Shown in pieces: positions 9,421 through 17,052 of a stretch of DNA of 32,000 nt. Under the pieces are notes generated by a model. The model saw nothing but the letters and a program-made list of their open reading frames with translations, did no database searches and had not been told where the DNA came from. The stretch covers positions 1-32,000 of the forward strand of contig JAUSKK010000006.1 in the NCBI GenBank assembly GCA_030649345.1, in the 5' to 3' direction. The translations under genes were made by a program, and so were the position numbers. Position 1 is the first letter of the stretch. Each line of letters begins with the position of its first letter. Origin of the DNA: Candidatus Iainarchaeum sp. (lineage in GTDB: Archaea; Iainarchaeota; Iainarchaeia; Iainarchaeales; 0-14-0-20-34-12).

Positions 9421-9600
9421 TCACAATTTAATAAATAAAATCTCCAATAAAGCCATTAAGAAAAATATTACAAAACCTAACTGAGTGGAATACAATGGAG
9501 TGAATACTGCTGTGCCAGTAGCTGCTGAAATTAAGCCAGTAACCATATAGAATGCCATGGTGAAAATCACTGCAATCAAACTATATCGAACAAGCCCCAT
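9421..9600 (-). CDS. Small two-helix membrane protein (59 aa), not in the ORF track (below cutoff)
   Basis: My translation is MGLVRYSLIAVIFTMAFYMVTGLISAATGTAVFTPLYSTQLGFVIFFLMALLEILFIKL. Its ATG shares one base with the TAA of the upstream gene (TAATG), and its stop lies 4 nt before the ATG of the next gene. Confidence 0.55.
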   Translation of the reverse strand: MGLVRYSLIAVIFTMAFYMVTGLISAATGTAVFTPLYSTQLGFVIFFLMALLEILFIKL

Positions 9601-9998
9601 TAAAATCCCATCCCAAATATTGCGAATATTCCTAAGTTAAAGAAAATAATAGTAAGCCATCCTTGAGTTTCATTAATTATAAGTAAATTCTTTTTCAAGT
9701 TCGGAGAACTTTCAGCAACAGTTAATACTGTGAATTTTCCCATGTAAAATAAAATTAACAAATTTCCAACAAACACAATTAATCCTAGCACTCCAACAAA
9801 ATCACTAATTGTCCACATGTAAATAGAAATAACAATAGTGCCGTAAATTGTATTTTTGATTTTTCCGCCTAAAAAAATATGCATAATTCCAGCATAGGCA
9901 AACAGCCAAGGCAGGTTGTTGAGCAGCAAGTAAAATAACCAACCGATGTCTAGGCCAATGAGGTGAATTAGAAATTCTACAATACCTAAATCTTGCAT
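9600..9998 (-). CDS. Four-helix membrane protein (132 aa), paralogue of 9048..9416
   Basis: The NNLPWLF motif and overall helix pattern are shared with the 122-aa ORF. It is the first gene of a four-gene minus-strand run. Confidence 0.75.
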   Translation of the reverse strand: MQDLGIVEFLIHLIGLDIGWLFYLLLNNLPWLFAYAGIMHIFLGGKIKNTIYGTIVISIYMWTISDFVGVLGLIVFVGNLLILFYMGKFTVLTVAESSPNLKKNLLIINETQGWLTIIFFNLGIFAIFGMGF

Positions 9999-10138
9999 AG
10001 ATACAACCTGCTGCTCAATGAGCTTTCGCCCTTACTAGCCGAGGTTAATTACGCCCCAACTTTACTGTTTGTTATAGAATTAGTCTCTGAACCAATATAT
10101 AATAGTAACTAATATAGGTGAACAAGTTAATTAGTTGG

Positions 10139-10666
10139 TTATTTGGTGAGTTTTTGATCCATTTTTGCCAATTGTGCTGGTTTTTTCTTAATTTTTCCAC
10201 CACAAAAGTCACATTCAGTTAATTTTGTATTTAAACTGAACTTTTTGCCGCAATTTACGCATTTAGGCTCAAATTTTATGATTTCTTTGATTTCACGCAT
10301 GATTACAGCTTGAAATGGAATTTTAAGTAAAGCCAGAAAGTTTTGAATACTATAATCATCGGTTAAGACTTGGATTTTTTGTTTTTTTTCCAATAATTCT
10401 TTGGCTAAAGCTAAAACAGTTAAGTCTGGATAGCTTAGTTTTTCAAATCCATGCTCTTTGACTAATTGTTTGAGTTCTTCTAAGTGTTTCCAGTTGGCTT
10501 CTTGGATTTTCAGCAAACCTTGAGTTAATGCATTTTCAACTAAATTCCTTGCTTCAAAGCTTTTCCATTCGCTTAAAACTTCAGGCGTTGTAATATACGA
10601 ATGTTTAGATTCAAACTCAAAATTGGGTTCATTCAGTAAAGCACTGGCATCTAGAACATACAGCAT
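10139..10666 (-). CDS. nob1: Nob1-like endonuclease (PIN domain + C-terminal zinc ribbon)
   Basis: N-terminal PIN start MLYVLDASALL, an internal LTDDYSIQN, and a C-terminal CxxC...CxxC (CVNCGKKF...CDFCGGK). Size and architecture match archaeal Nob1. Confidence 0.75.
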   Translation of the reverse strand: MLYVLDASALLNEPNFEFESKHSYITTPEVLSEWKSFEARNLVENALTQGLLKIQEANWKHLEELKQLVKEHGFEKLSYPDLTVLALAKELLEKKQKIQVLTDDYSIQNFLALLKIPFQAVIMREIKEIIKFEPKCVNCGKKFSLNTKLTECDFCGGKIKKKPAQLAKMDQKLTK

Positions 10667-10717
10667 ATCTTACACTTGCGAAGAATGTTTTTAACACTAA
10701 TTATTCTAATAATACTC

Positions 10718-12169
10718 ATGCAAAACTCGGAATTAAAGCAACTCGTACTTGAACTCAGTGAAATTGAACGGACTGCACTCAAACAATTGGGAATACATGA
10801 AATACATACTTTGGAATCTTTAGCTCAAACAACTGAACTCAACAAAGATGCGGTACGCAGAGTTATTGAATGGTTGAAGGAAAAAAAATTAATTCAAGTT
10901 CAAGACTTGCAAAGAAAAGCTGAATATAGTTTAACGAAAACTGGAAAAGAAAATTTAGAAAAAGGTTTACCGGAACGAAGAATGATTCAAGCACTGCAAG
11001 AAAAAACACTAAACTTTAAAGAATTGCAAGAAAAAACAAAACTAAATTCAGGAGAATTTGCTTCAGGCTTGGGAGTATTAAAACAAAAAAACTTTATTAC
11101 AATTCAAAGCGGAAAAATTGAAATCAGCGAAGTTGGAAAAGAATTTGCAGGCTCAGAGTGGATGGAAGAAAAAATTTTAAACAACCCAGATGAATGCAGT
11201 TTAGATCAAATTCAAGGATTAATTAAACGAGGATTACTAGAAAAAAAAGAAGTAACAGAAAATAGTATTCAAATTTCTGAATTTGGAATTCAAGCAAAAG
11301 AGATCTTGGAAACAATTGGAAGCCAACGAGAATTTAATATTCAAGCACCAGTACAGCCTTTGTATTTAGGAAAAGCCCAGCCGTACAATCAGTTCTTGAA
11401 ATTAATTCGAAAAAAATTGTTAGAACTAGGATTTACGGAAATGAAAGAACGATTGATTGTTCAAGAATTTTACAATTTTGATGTATTGTTCCAGCCGCAA
11501 AATCACCCGGCCAGACAATGGACTGATAGTTATCAGCTTAAACAGCCAACGCATGGAAAATTACCGGATAAAAAAATTGTAGACAAAATTAAAGCAGCTC
11601 ATGAAACCGGAGGCTTAGCAGATAGCACAGGCTGGGGCTATGAATGGAGTACAGATATTGCTTCTCGGGTAATGCCTACAGCCCATGGAACAGCCATGGA
11701 TGCCAGACAAATGTGCGAAGGCGTAGAATTTCCAAAAAAATATTTTGTAATCAATCGATGCTTTCGACCAGACGTTTTGGATGCAACCCATTTAGTTGAA
11801 TTCAATCAATTGGATTGTTTTATGGTTGGGCCAGGAATTAATTTCCGAAGTTTATTGCATGTCTTTAAACAATTGGCTTACGAGATTGCTGGAGCCAAAG
11901 AAGTCAAGTTTACTACAGCTTATTTTCCGTTTACTGAACCCAGTTGTGAGTTAAGCATTAAACATCCGCAATTGGGTTGGATGGAAGTAGCTGGCGGAGG
12001 AGTCCTAAGACCAGAAATTACAGAAAATTTAGGAATTAAAGAACCAGCCATTGCCTGGGGCATGGGAATAGACAGACTGGCCATGGCAAAATTGGGAATT
12101 AAAGATATTCGATATTTATTTAGTGACAATTTAGATTGGTTAAGAAAATCCAAGATGGTGGTTGAGTAA
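10718..12169 (+). CDS. pheS: Phenylalanine--tRNA ligase alpha subunit (archaeal/eukaryotic type)
   Basis: N-terminal winged-helix repeats and class II motifs FQPQNHPARQWTDSY, FRPDVLDATHLVEFNQLDCF and AWGMGIDRLAM. I prefer the ATG at 10718 (MQNSELKQ...) over the listed TTG at 10676. Confidence 0.95.
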   Translation: MQNSELKQLVLELSEIERTALKQLGIHEIHTLESLAQTTELNKDAVRRVIEWLKEKKLIQVQDLQRKAEYSLTKTGKENLEKGLPERRMIQALQEKTLNFKELQEKTKLNSGEFASGLGVLKQKNFITIQSGKIEISEVGKEFAGSEWMEEKILNNPDECSLDQIQGLIKRGLLEKKEVTENSIQISEFGIQAKEILETIGSQREFNIQAPVQPLYLGKAQPYNQFLKLIRKKLLELGFTEMKERLIVQEFYNFDVLFQPQNHPARQWTDSYQLKQPTHGKLPDKKIVDKIKAAHETGGLADSTGWGYEWSTDIASRVMPTAHGTAMDARQMCEGVEFPKKYFVINRCFRPDVLDATHLVEFNQLDCFMVGPGINFRSLLHVFKQLAYEIAGAKEVKFTTAYFPFTEPSCELSIKHPQLGWMEVAGGGVLRPEITENLGIKEPAIAWGMGIDRLAMAKLGIKDIRYLFSDNLDWLRKSKMVVE

Positions 12170-13824
12170 TGCCCACAATTGAATGTTCAAAAAAAGATTT
12201 GGAAAAATTAATTGGAAAAAAGTTTGACTCTGCCGAAAAACTAGAACAAGCTTTACAATATGCCAAAGGAGGCATTGGCTCGCTGGAAGGAGATGCACTC
12301 AAAATAGAAGTCCAAGACGCTAACCGGCCGGATTTATGGAGTGCCGAAGGAATTGCCCGCGAATTAAAAGCACGCTTGGGTTTAGAGACAGGTTTGCCAA
12401 AATTTAAAGTCAAAAAAAGCAAGGTTCAATTAATTATTGAAAAAAGTGTCAAAAAATCACGGCCGTATATGGTGGCTGCTTTAGCTAAAAATGTGAAAAT
12501 TACAGAAGAATATTTAGTGCAAATGATTCAATTGCAAGAAAAAGTTGGATTAACCTATGGACGAAAACGAAAAGAAGTAGGAATTGGAATTTATGATTTA
12601 GACAAAATGAAGGCTCCCATTTATTACAAAGGAATTAAGCCTCGTGAAATAAAATTTGCTCCTTTAGAATTTGAACGCGATCTAGGATTGAATGAAATTT
12701 TAGAACTTCACCCAAAAGGAAAAGAATACGGTCACCTAATCAAAGCTTTTGAGTATTATCCGATTGTTATGGACAGTACTGGAACTGTTTGTGCCATGCC
12801 TCCGATTATCAATTCAAATTATACTGGAAAAGTTACAGAAAAAACTAAAAACTTGTTTATTGAAGTCACAGGATGGAATAAAGAAATTGTGAATATTGCA
12901 TTAAATGTCATGGTGGCTGCAGTGCATGACCGAGGAGCAGACATTGAAGCAGTTGAAATAGTAGATGAAACAGAAAAAGCAAAATATTTCACGCCCAACT
13001 TCGAACCTAAAAAAACAAAAGTAAAAATTGAGTTTATTAACAAATTGGCTGGAATGAATTGGAGTACAAAAGAAATCGTAAAATTATTGGAACGTGCACG
13101 GTACAATTGCACAATAAAAGGAAAAGAAATTTTATTAGAAGTTCCATCCTATCGACAAGATTTATTGCATGAAGCTGATATCGTAGAAGATGCTGTGATT
13201 AGCTATGGATACAATAACTTGGAACCCAAAGCAACTGAAATGAATGTAGTTGGAAAAGATTTATTGGAAACCAGACTCAAAGAAGTTATTCGGAGTACTT
13301 GTGTTGGATTGCAATTGCAAGAAGTTTTAACTTACAATTTAACCAGTAAAGAAAAACAAGTAACCAAACTAGGCCTGAATTTACAAAAAGAAATATTTGC
13401 AGAAATAGCCAATCCTATGAGTTCAGAGTATGCTATATTCCGAAAACAAATTTTTCCAGAATTATTAGAATTCTTGGGAAAAAATTCTCGTTATGAATAT
13501 CCCCAAAATATTTTTGAAATCGGAAAAGGATTAGAACTCGATGCAAAAAGTGAAACTGGAGTTAATGAAAAAAACAAAATTTGCATTATTATCTGTGGAA
13601 GAAATGCAAACTTTAATGAAGGAAAACGACACTTGCAAGCTTTAAGCAATTCCATGAACTGGGATTACGAATTAAAGAAAATAGAGCATTCTGCATTCAA
13701 ACCAGGATTGTGTGCAGAAATTAAAATTGAAAACAGAATAGGAATTATTGGAGAACTTAAAGAAAGTATTTTGAAAAACTTTTCCATAGAAATGCCTGCC
13801 TGCGTAATTGAACTGGAATTTTAA
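12169..13824 (+). CDS. pheT: Phenylalanine--tRNA ligase beta subunit (archaeal type)
   Basis: Starts MPTIECSKKDLEKLIGKKF and carries the RPDLWSAEGIAREL motif. At 551 aa it is typical of archaeal PheT, and its ATG shares one base with the pheS TAA (TAATG). Confidence 0.95.
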   Translation: MPTIECSKKDLEKLIGKKFDSAEKLEQALQYAKGGIGSLEGDALKIEVQDANRPDLWSAEGIARELKARLGLETGLPKFKVKKSKVQLIIEKSVKKSRPYMVAALAKNVKITEEYLVQMIQLQEKVGLTYGRKRKEVGIGIYDLDKMKAPIYYKGIKPREIKFAPLEFERDLGLNEILELHPKGKEYGHLIKAFEYYPIVMDSTGTVCAMPPIINSNYTGKVTEKTKNLFIEVTGWNKEIVNIALNVMVAAVHDRGADIEAVEIVDETEKAKYFTPNFEPKKTKVKIEFINKLAGMNWSTKEIVKLLERARYNCTIKGKEILLEVPSYRQDLLHEADIVEDAVISYGYNNLEPKATEMNVVGKDLLETRLKEVIRSTCVGLQLQEVLTYNLTSKEKQVTKLGLNLQKEIFAEIANPMSSEYAIFRKQIFPELLEFLGKNSRYEYPQNIFEIGKGLELDAKSETGVNEKNKICIIICGRNANFNEGKRHLQALSNSMNWDYELKKIEHSAFKPGLCAEIKIENRIGIIGELKESILKNFSIEMPACVIELEF

Positions 13825-13842
13825 TTAAAGTAAAGACGAATA

Positions 13843-14019
13843 ATGCTTCGAACACCCAAGCTATTGAAAAGAATCCTCAGTCGAGGAAAAACCGAATTAA
13901 AGTTAAGAAAATTTAAACAAGAACGGTATGCAGTCTACATTAAATTTGGATACACGCCCTTCCAAGCCAGAGCCATTGCAGCCGATGACGTAAAACGCAA
14001 AAGACGTTTTATGAAATAA
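13843..14019 (+). CDS. Possible small basic protein (58 aa), not in the ORF track
   Basis: My translation is MLRTPKLLKRILSRGKTELKLRKFKQERYAVYIKFGYTPFQARAIAADDVKRKRRFMK. It fills most of the 211-nt gap between pheT and rfcL. No family recognised. Confidence 0.4.
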   Translation: MLRTPKLLKRILSRGKTELKLRKFKQERYAVYIKFGYTPFQARAIAADDVKRKRRFMK

Positions 14020-14035
14020 ATTAAATTGGTTAAGA

Positions 14036-15421
14036 CTAAAACAATTTGGTTTGTTTAATCAAGTCTTCTGGCTTAAGTTCAGTTACAGGTTCTTTATCCG
14101 ATTCGTCAGTAGAACTATCCAATGCATGTCTTAATAATTTAGATTTTGGTTTTGCTTGTTCTTTGAAAGCTTGTGCTTGTTCTACAATGGTTTGAACTTT
14201 TTTAGTTTCAGGTTTGGTTTCCAACAAAAAAGCAATTTCTTCAGCTTCTAAATCTAAACTAAATGCAAGCTTGGGCGCTAATTCTTTATTGGTTAATAAA
14301 ATCTTCAATAAAACCAATTCATTTTGACTGGCCAGTTTACTGGAACAATGAACTTTTTGGCCAATTTTTTTAGCCAACTTTTTCCGCAAGGCTTGTGCAC
14401 TTAAACCACCGGTTTTTCTTAAAATTCCAGGAAACGCATAGGCTGTCCAGTTATGATAGTCTTTGCTTCTGCTGAGCACAGTGCTGGCAGTCATTAAATC
14501 AATGGAATATTTGAGGAACCCATAATATTGTGTGCGGATAATTCTTCCATTAAAAATATCTCCTTTGGAAAAAAAATCAAATGCCCGCGAAATATCCTCT
14601 CCTGCAAATTCTCTGGGAATATTTTCTTCCACCCATTTCATTAAAAAACTATAATCTGCTTCGCTTTTGTTGACTGCTTCTTTGACTTCAGCAAATGTTT
14701 TTCCGCGAAAAATAGAATGCATAGAATTGAAAATATTGTCTGAGCGTTCACGAAAGCCAAGCTGTTTTACTTTTTCAAGAGTAATTTTTTCAGAACCCAT
14801 CATTTGCAAATCCAGTAAAGCAGCTCGAACATCTCCGCCGCATTGTTTAGCTAATTCTTTGACTGCATCTTCTTCAAATTCAATTTTTTCGCGCGCACAA
14901 ATTTCTTTCAAATAGCTAGAGATACTTAAATAATTTATTTTTTTGAAATCAATTAATTCACAGCCAGCTCTCAAAGGAGCTAGTTTGGTGTCTGCATAAA
15001 TATCAATAGCTGTCAAAATTACAGGATTGGCAGTTTGTTTAGCAATAGCCAACATGGCTTGAGTTGCACCGCGATCTACAGAAGCGGTGGCGTCAATTTC
15101 ATCTAACAAAATTAGTCTACGTGCATTCGAGAAACTAGAATTCAAAGCAGCTGCTTGCCCTATGCGTTCAATGACATCTTTGGCTCTTAAATCTGAAGCA
15201 TTTAATTCAAATATTTGCCAATTCAGTTCATTCGCAACCAAATGCGCAATGGCAGTTTTTCCTACACCGGAAGCACCGTAAATCAATAAAGCTTTTTGCG
15301 GTTTTCCTTGACTCCATAGCTTGCACCAGTTTTGAATTTTTTCTACGCTTTGAGAATTTCCAATAAATTCAGGCCAATGCATAGGCTTAAATTTTTCAGT
15401 GAATAAAATAGCTGAAGTCAT
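14036..15421 (-). CDS. rfcL: Replication factor C large subunit
   Basis: FTEKFKPMHWPEFIGNSQSVEKIQNW, Walker A LLIYGASGVGKTAIAHLVANE and Walker B LILLDEID. The acidic/basic C-terminal tail is typical of the archaeal large subunit. Confidence 0.9.
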   Translation of the reverse strand: MTSAILFTEKFKPMHWPEFIGNSQSVEKIQNWCKLWSQGKPQKALLIYGASGVGKTAIAHLVANELNWQIFELNASDLRAKDVIERIGQAAALNSSFSNARRLILLDEIDATASVDRGATQAMLAIAKQTANPVILTAIDIYADTKLAPLRAGCELIDFKKINYLSISSYLKEICAREKIEFEEDAVKELAKQCGGDVRAALLDLQMMGSEKITLEKVKQLGFRERSDNIFNSMHSIFRGKTFAEVKEAVNKSEADYSFLMKWVEENIPREFAGEDISRAFDFFSKGDIFNGRIIRTQYYGFLKYSIDLMTASTVLSRSKDYHNWTAYAFPGILRKTGGLSAQALRKKLAKKIGQKVHCSSKLASQNELVLLKILLTNKELAPKLAFSLDLEAEEIAFLLETKPETKKVQTIVEQAQAFKEQAKPKSKLLRHALDSSTDESDKEPVTELKPEDLIKQTKLF

Positions 15422-15537
15422 CTAAAAATTGGCTGAGATTGAGTTTAAAATTTGAACGGATGCAAAAACTTAAGCTAAGAGATTGGTTGAAAACAAGCTA
15501 AATTAGCCCTGTTCAACCGAAAGTCATAAATAAACAT

Positions 15538-15554
15538 GTAACATTTAATGTTAC
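15538..15554. promoter_or_regulatory. Palindrome GTAACATT-T-AATGTTAC upstream of the 15577/15905 gene pair (candidate operator)
   Basis: 8-bp perfect arms around one central base. It ends 22 nt before the ATG at 15577, and the second gene of the pair encodes a wHTH protein. Confidence 0.45.
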
Positions 15555-15576
15555 GTATGAATTCGGAAAATTTTGC

Positions 15577-15903
15577 ATGGAAAAAACAACGGAGTTTAGA
15601 ATATCTTTATCTATTGAAGATGAATTGCACATTCGGTTTACTAAAAAACAGAATGAATTTATTGAGGTTTTAATTGTGTACAGTACTTGCATTAATACAA
15701 CTTGGCATCAAGTTTTGCGAATTGATCAAAGTCACGGAATTTTACATAAAGACAAATTATTTGAACCAAAAATAGAAAATGTAAAAGAACTTATTACTGA
15801 AAAGATTACTCCGCAACTTTTGGCTGAATTAATTAGTGAAATTAAAACAGATTGGCTAGAACTTAAACGATTGTTTATTAAAAATAAATTAGGAAGTGAT
15901 TGA
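15577..15903 (+). CDS. Hypothetical 108-aa protein, first gene of a TA-like pair (possibly DUF6516/TumE-like)
   Basis: VLRIDQSHGILHKDKLF loosely resembles the R-x-D-x-x-H...H-K-(H/D) core I remember for DUF6516. It is tightly coupled to the downstream wHTH gene. Confidence 0.55.
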   Translation: MEKTTEFRISLSIEDELHIRFTKKQNEFIEVLIVYSTCINTTWHQVLRIDQSHGILHKDKLFEPKIENVKELITEKITPQLLAELISEIKTDWLELKRLFIKNKLGSD

Positions 15904-15904
15904 A

Positions 15905-16258
15905 ATGAGAAAAACATTTGAAATCAGAATTGGAAGAGATTTTGCAAAAGATATGGGTCAATTTTTAGTAAACCCAAAACTTTTGGACAAAGAACCGAGA
16001 GTAGTTCGTTACATTGATTCTTTTGAAGTCCTGGCGGCTATTTTAAGCCCAGAACGTTTAAAGTTACTTCAAACTTTGAAACAAAAACCAAATTGCTCTG
16101 TAAACCAGTTAGCTGAACAGGTTGGAAGAAAACGAGAAGCTGTAAGCCGAGACTTAAAGTTGTTGTCATCCCACGATATGATAAAACTTCAAAAAAACGG
16201 AAAACACGTACACATTCAAGCTAACATAGATGAATTGGTCATAAAATTAAATGCATAA
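15905..16258 (+). CDS. Winged-helix transcriptional regulator (HVO_A0114-like / ArsR-like wHTH), candidate antitoxin
   Basis: FEVLAAILSPERLKLLQTLKQKPNCSVNQLAEQVGRKREAVSRDLKLLSSHDMIKL is a clear wHTH. The ATG at 15905 is preceded by GGAAGTGA and lies 1 nt after the upstream TGA; the track starts at GTG 15896. Confidence 0.75.
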   Translation: MRKTFEIRIGRDFAKDMGQFLVNPKLLDKEPRVVRYIDSFEVLAAILSPERLKLLQTLKQKPNCSVNQLAEQVGRKREAVSRDLKLLSSHDMIKLQKNGKHVHIQANIDELVIKLNA

Positions 16259-16269
16259 AAAAACCAAAT

Positions 16270-16992
16270 TTAAAACGGCATAACTGTAATATCCCAAACC
16301 GCACAATGTTCAGACTGAAGGCAAATAAAACAAATAGTTCGAGAAACATCTTGGGCTTCCAGCATTTGCGGAACTTTTCCTTTCCAGACTTCTTTTTTTC
16401 TGCGATTGATTTCTTGAGAAGTAAAAAAAGGCGTTTGAACCATCCCTGGACAAACTGCACAGACTTTGATTCCAAGCTCAGATAATTCAGCGCGCAAGCC
16501 TTCTGTGAATCCCATTAAGCCAAATTTGGCAGCACTGTAAAATTCTCCTTTAGCAAACGCACGTTTGCCTGAAATAGAAACCAGATTAATAATTAATCCA
16601 GATTTTTGTTTTTTCATAAACGAAACAACTTGTTTGGTTAAAATAGCTGGGCCCACTAAATTCAAGTTAATCATTGCTTGAAATTTTTTAACATTCAATT
16701 CATCTGCACTCGCAAAATAACCCATGCCGGCATTGTTAATCAAAATATCAATTTGTTTAAATTTTTGAATAGTTTGAGTTACAATTTTTTTCATTTGTTT
16801 TTCTTGAGTTACATCTCCAGATAAAATCAGAAAAGAATTCGAATCAAAACATTCGCTTAATTCAGATTTCAAAACTTTGCACTCACCGGCATTCGGGGCA
16901 AAAGTTGAAACACAAAAGCCCAAATTTAGCAAATCCAATACAGTTGCTTTTCCAATTCCAGAGGTTCCACCGCTGATCAAAACAGTCTTCAT
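16270..16992 (-). CDS. Short-chain dehydrogenase/reductase (classical SDR)
   Basis: The TGxxxGxG motif is ISGGTSGIGKAT, with NNAG and catalytic YSAAK also present. I prefer the ATG at 16992 (MKTVLISGG). Confidence 0.9.
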   Translation of the reverse strand: MKTVLISGGTSGIGKATVLDLLNLGFCVSTFAPNAGECKVLKSELSECFDSNSFLILSGDVTQEKQMKKIVTQTIQKFKQIDILINNAGMGYFASADELNVKKFQAMINLNLVGPAILTKQVVSFMKKQKSGLIINLVSISGKRAFAKGEFYSAAKFGLMGFTEGLRAELSELGIKVCAVCPGMVQTPFFTSQEINRRKKEVWKGKVPQMLEAQDVSRTICFICLQSEHCAVWDITVMPF

Positions 16993-17052
16993 TTCATAAA
17001 TTAAAGACAATGTAGAATTAAAATCTGTCGGAGTAAAATTTCAAGAGATACT

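Noticed and set aside
9048-10138. The idea that the ~125-aa four-helix paralogues are CrcB/FluC fluoride channels and the G+C-rich leader is a fluoride riboswitch.
   Set aside because: The proteins lack the CrcB signatures I remember (GGxGAxxRY, TTFSTF). The leader does not fit the crcB-motif consensus (no GGxGAUG...CUGAUG-like core).
12120-12422. 100-aa minus-strand ORF spanning the pheS/pheT junction, and the 97-aa ORF at 12819..13112.
   Set aside because: Both are antisense to conserved aminoacyl-tRNA synthetase genes and have no features.
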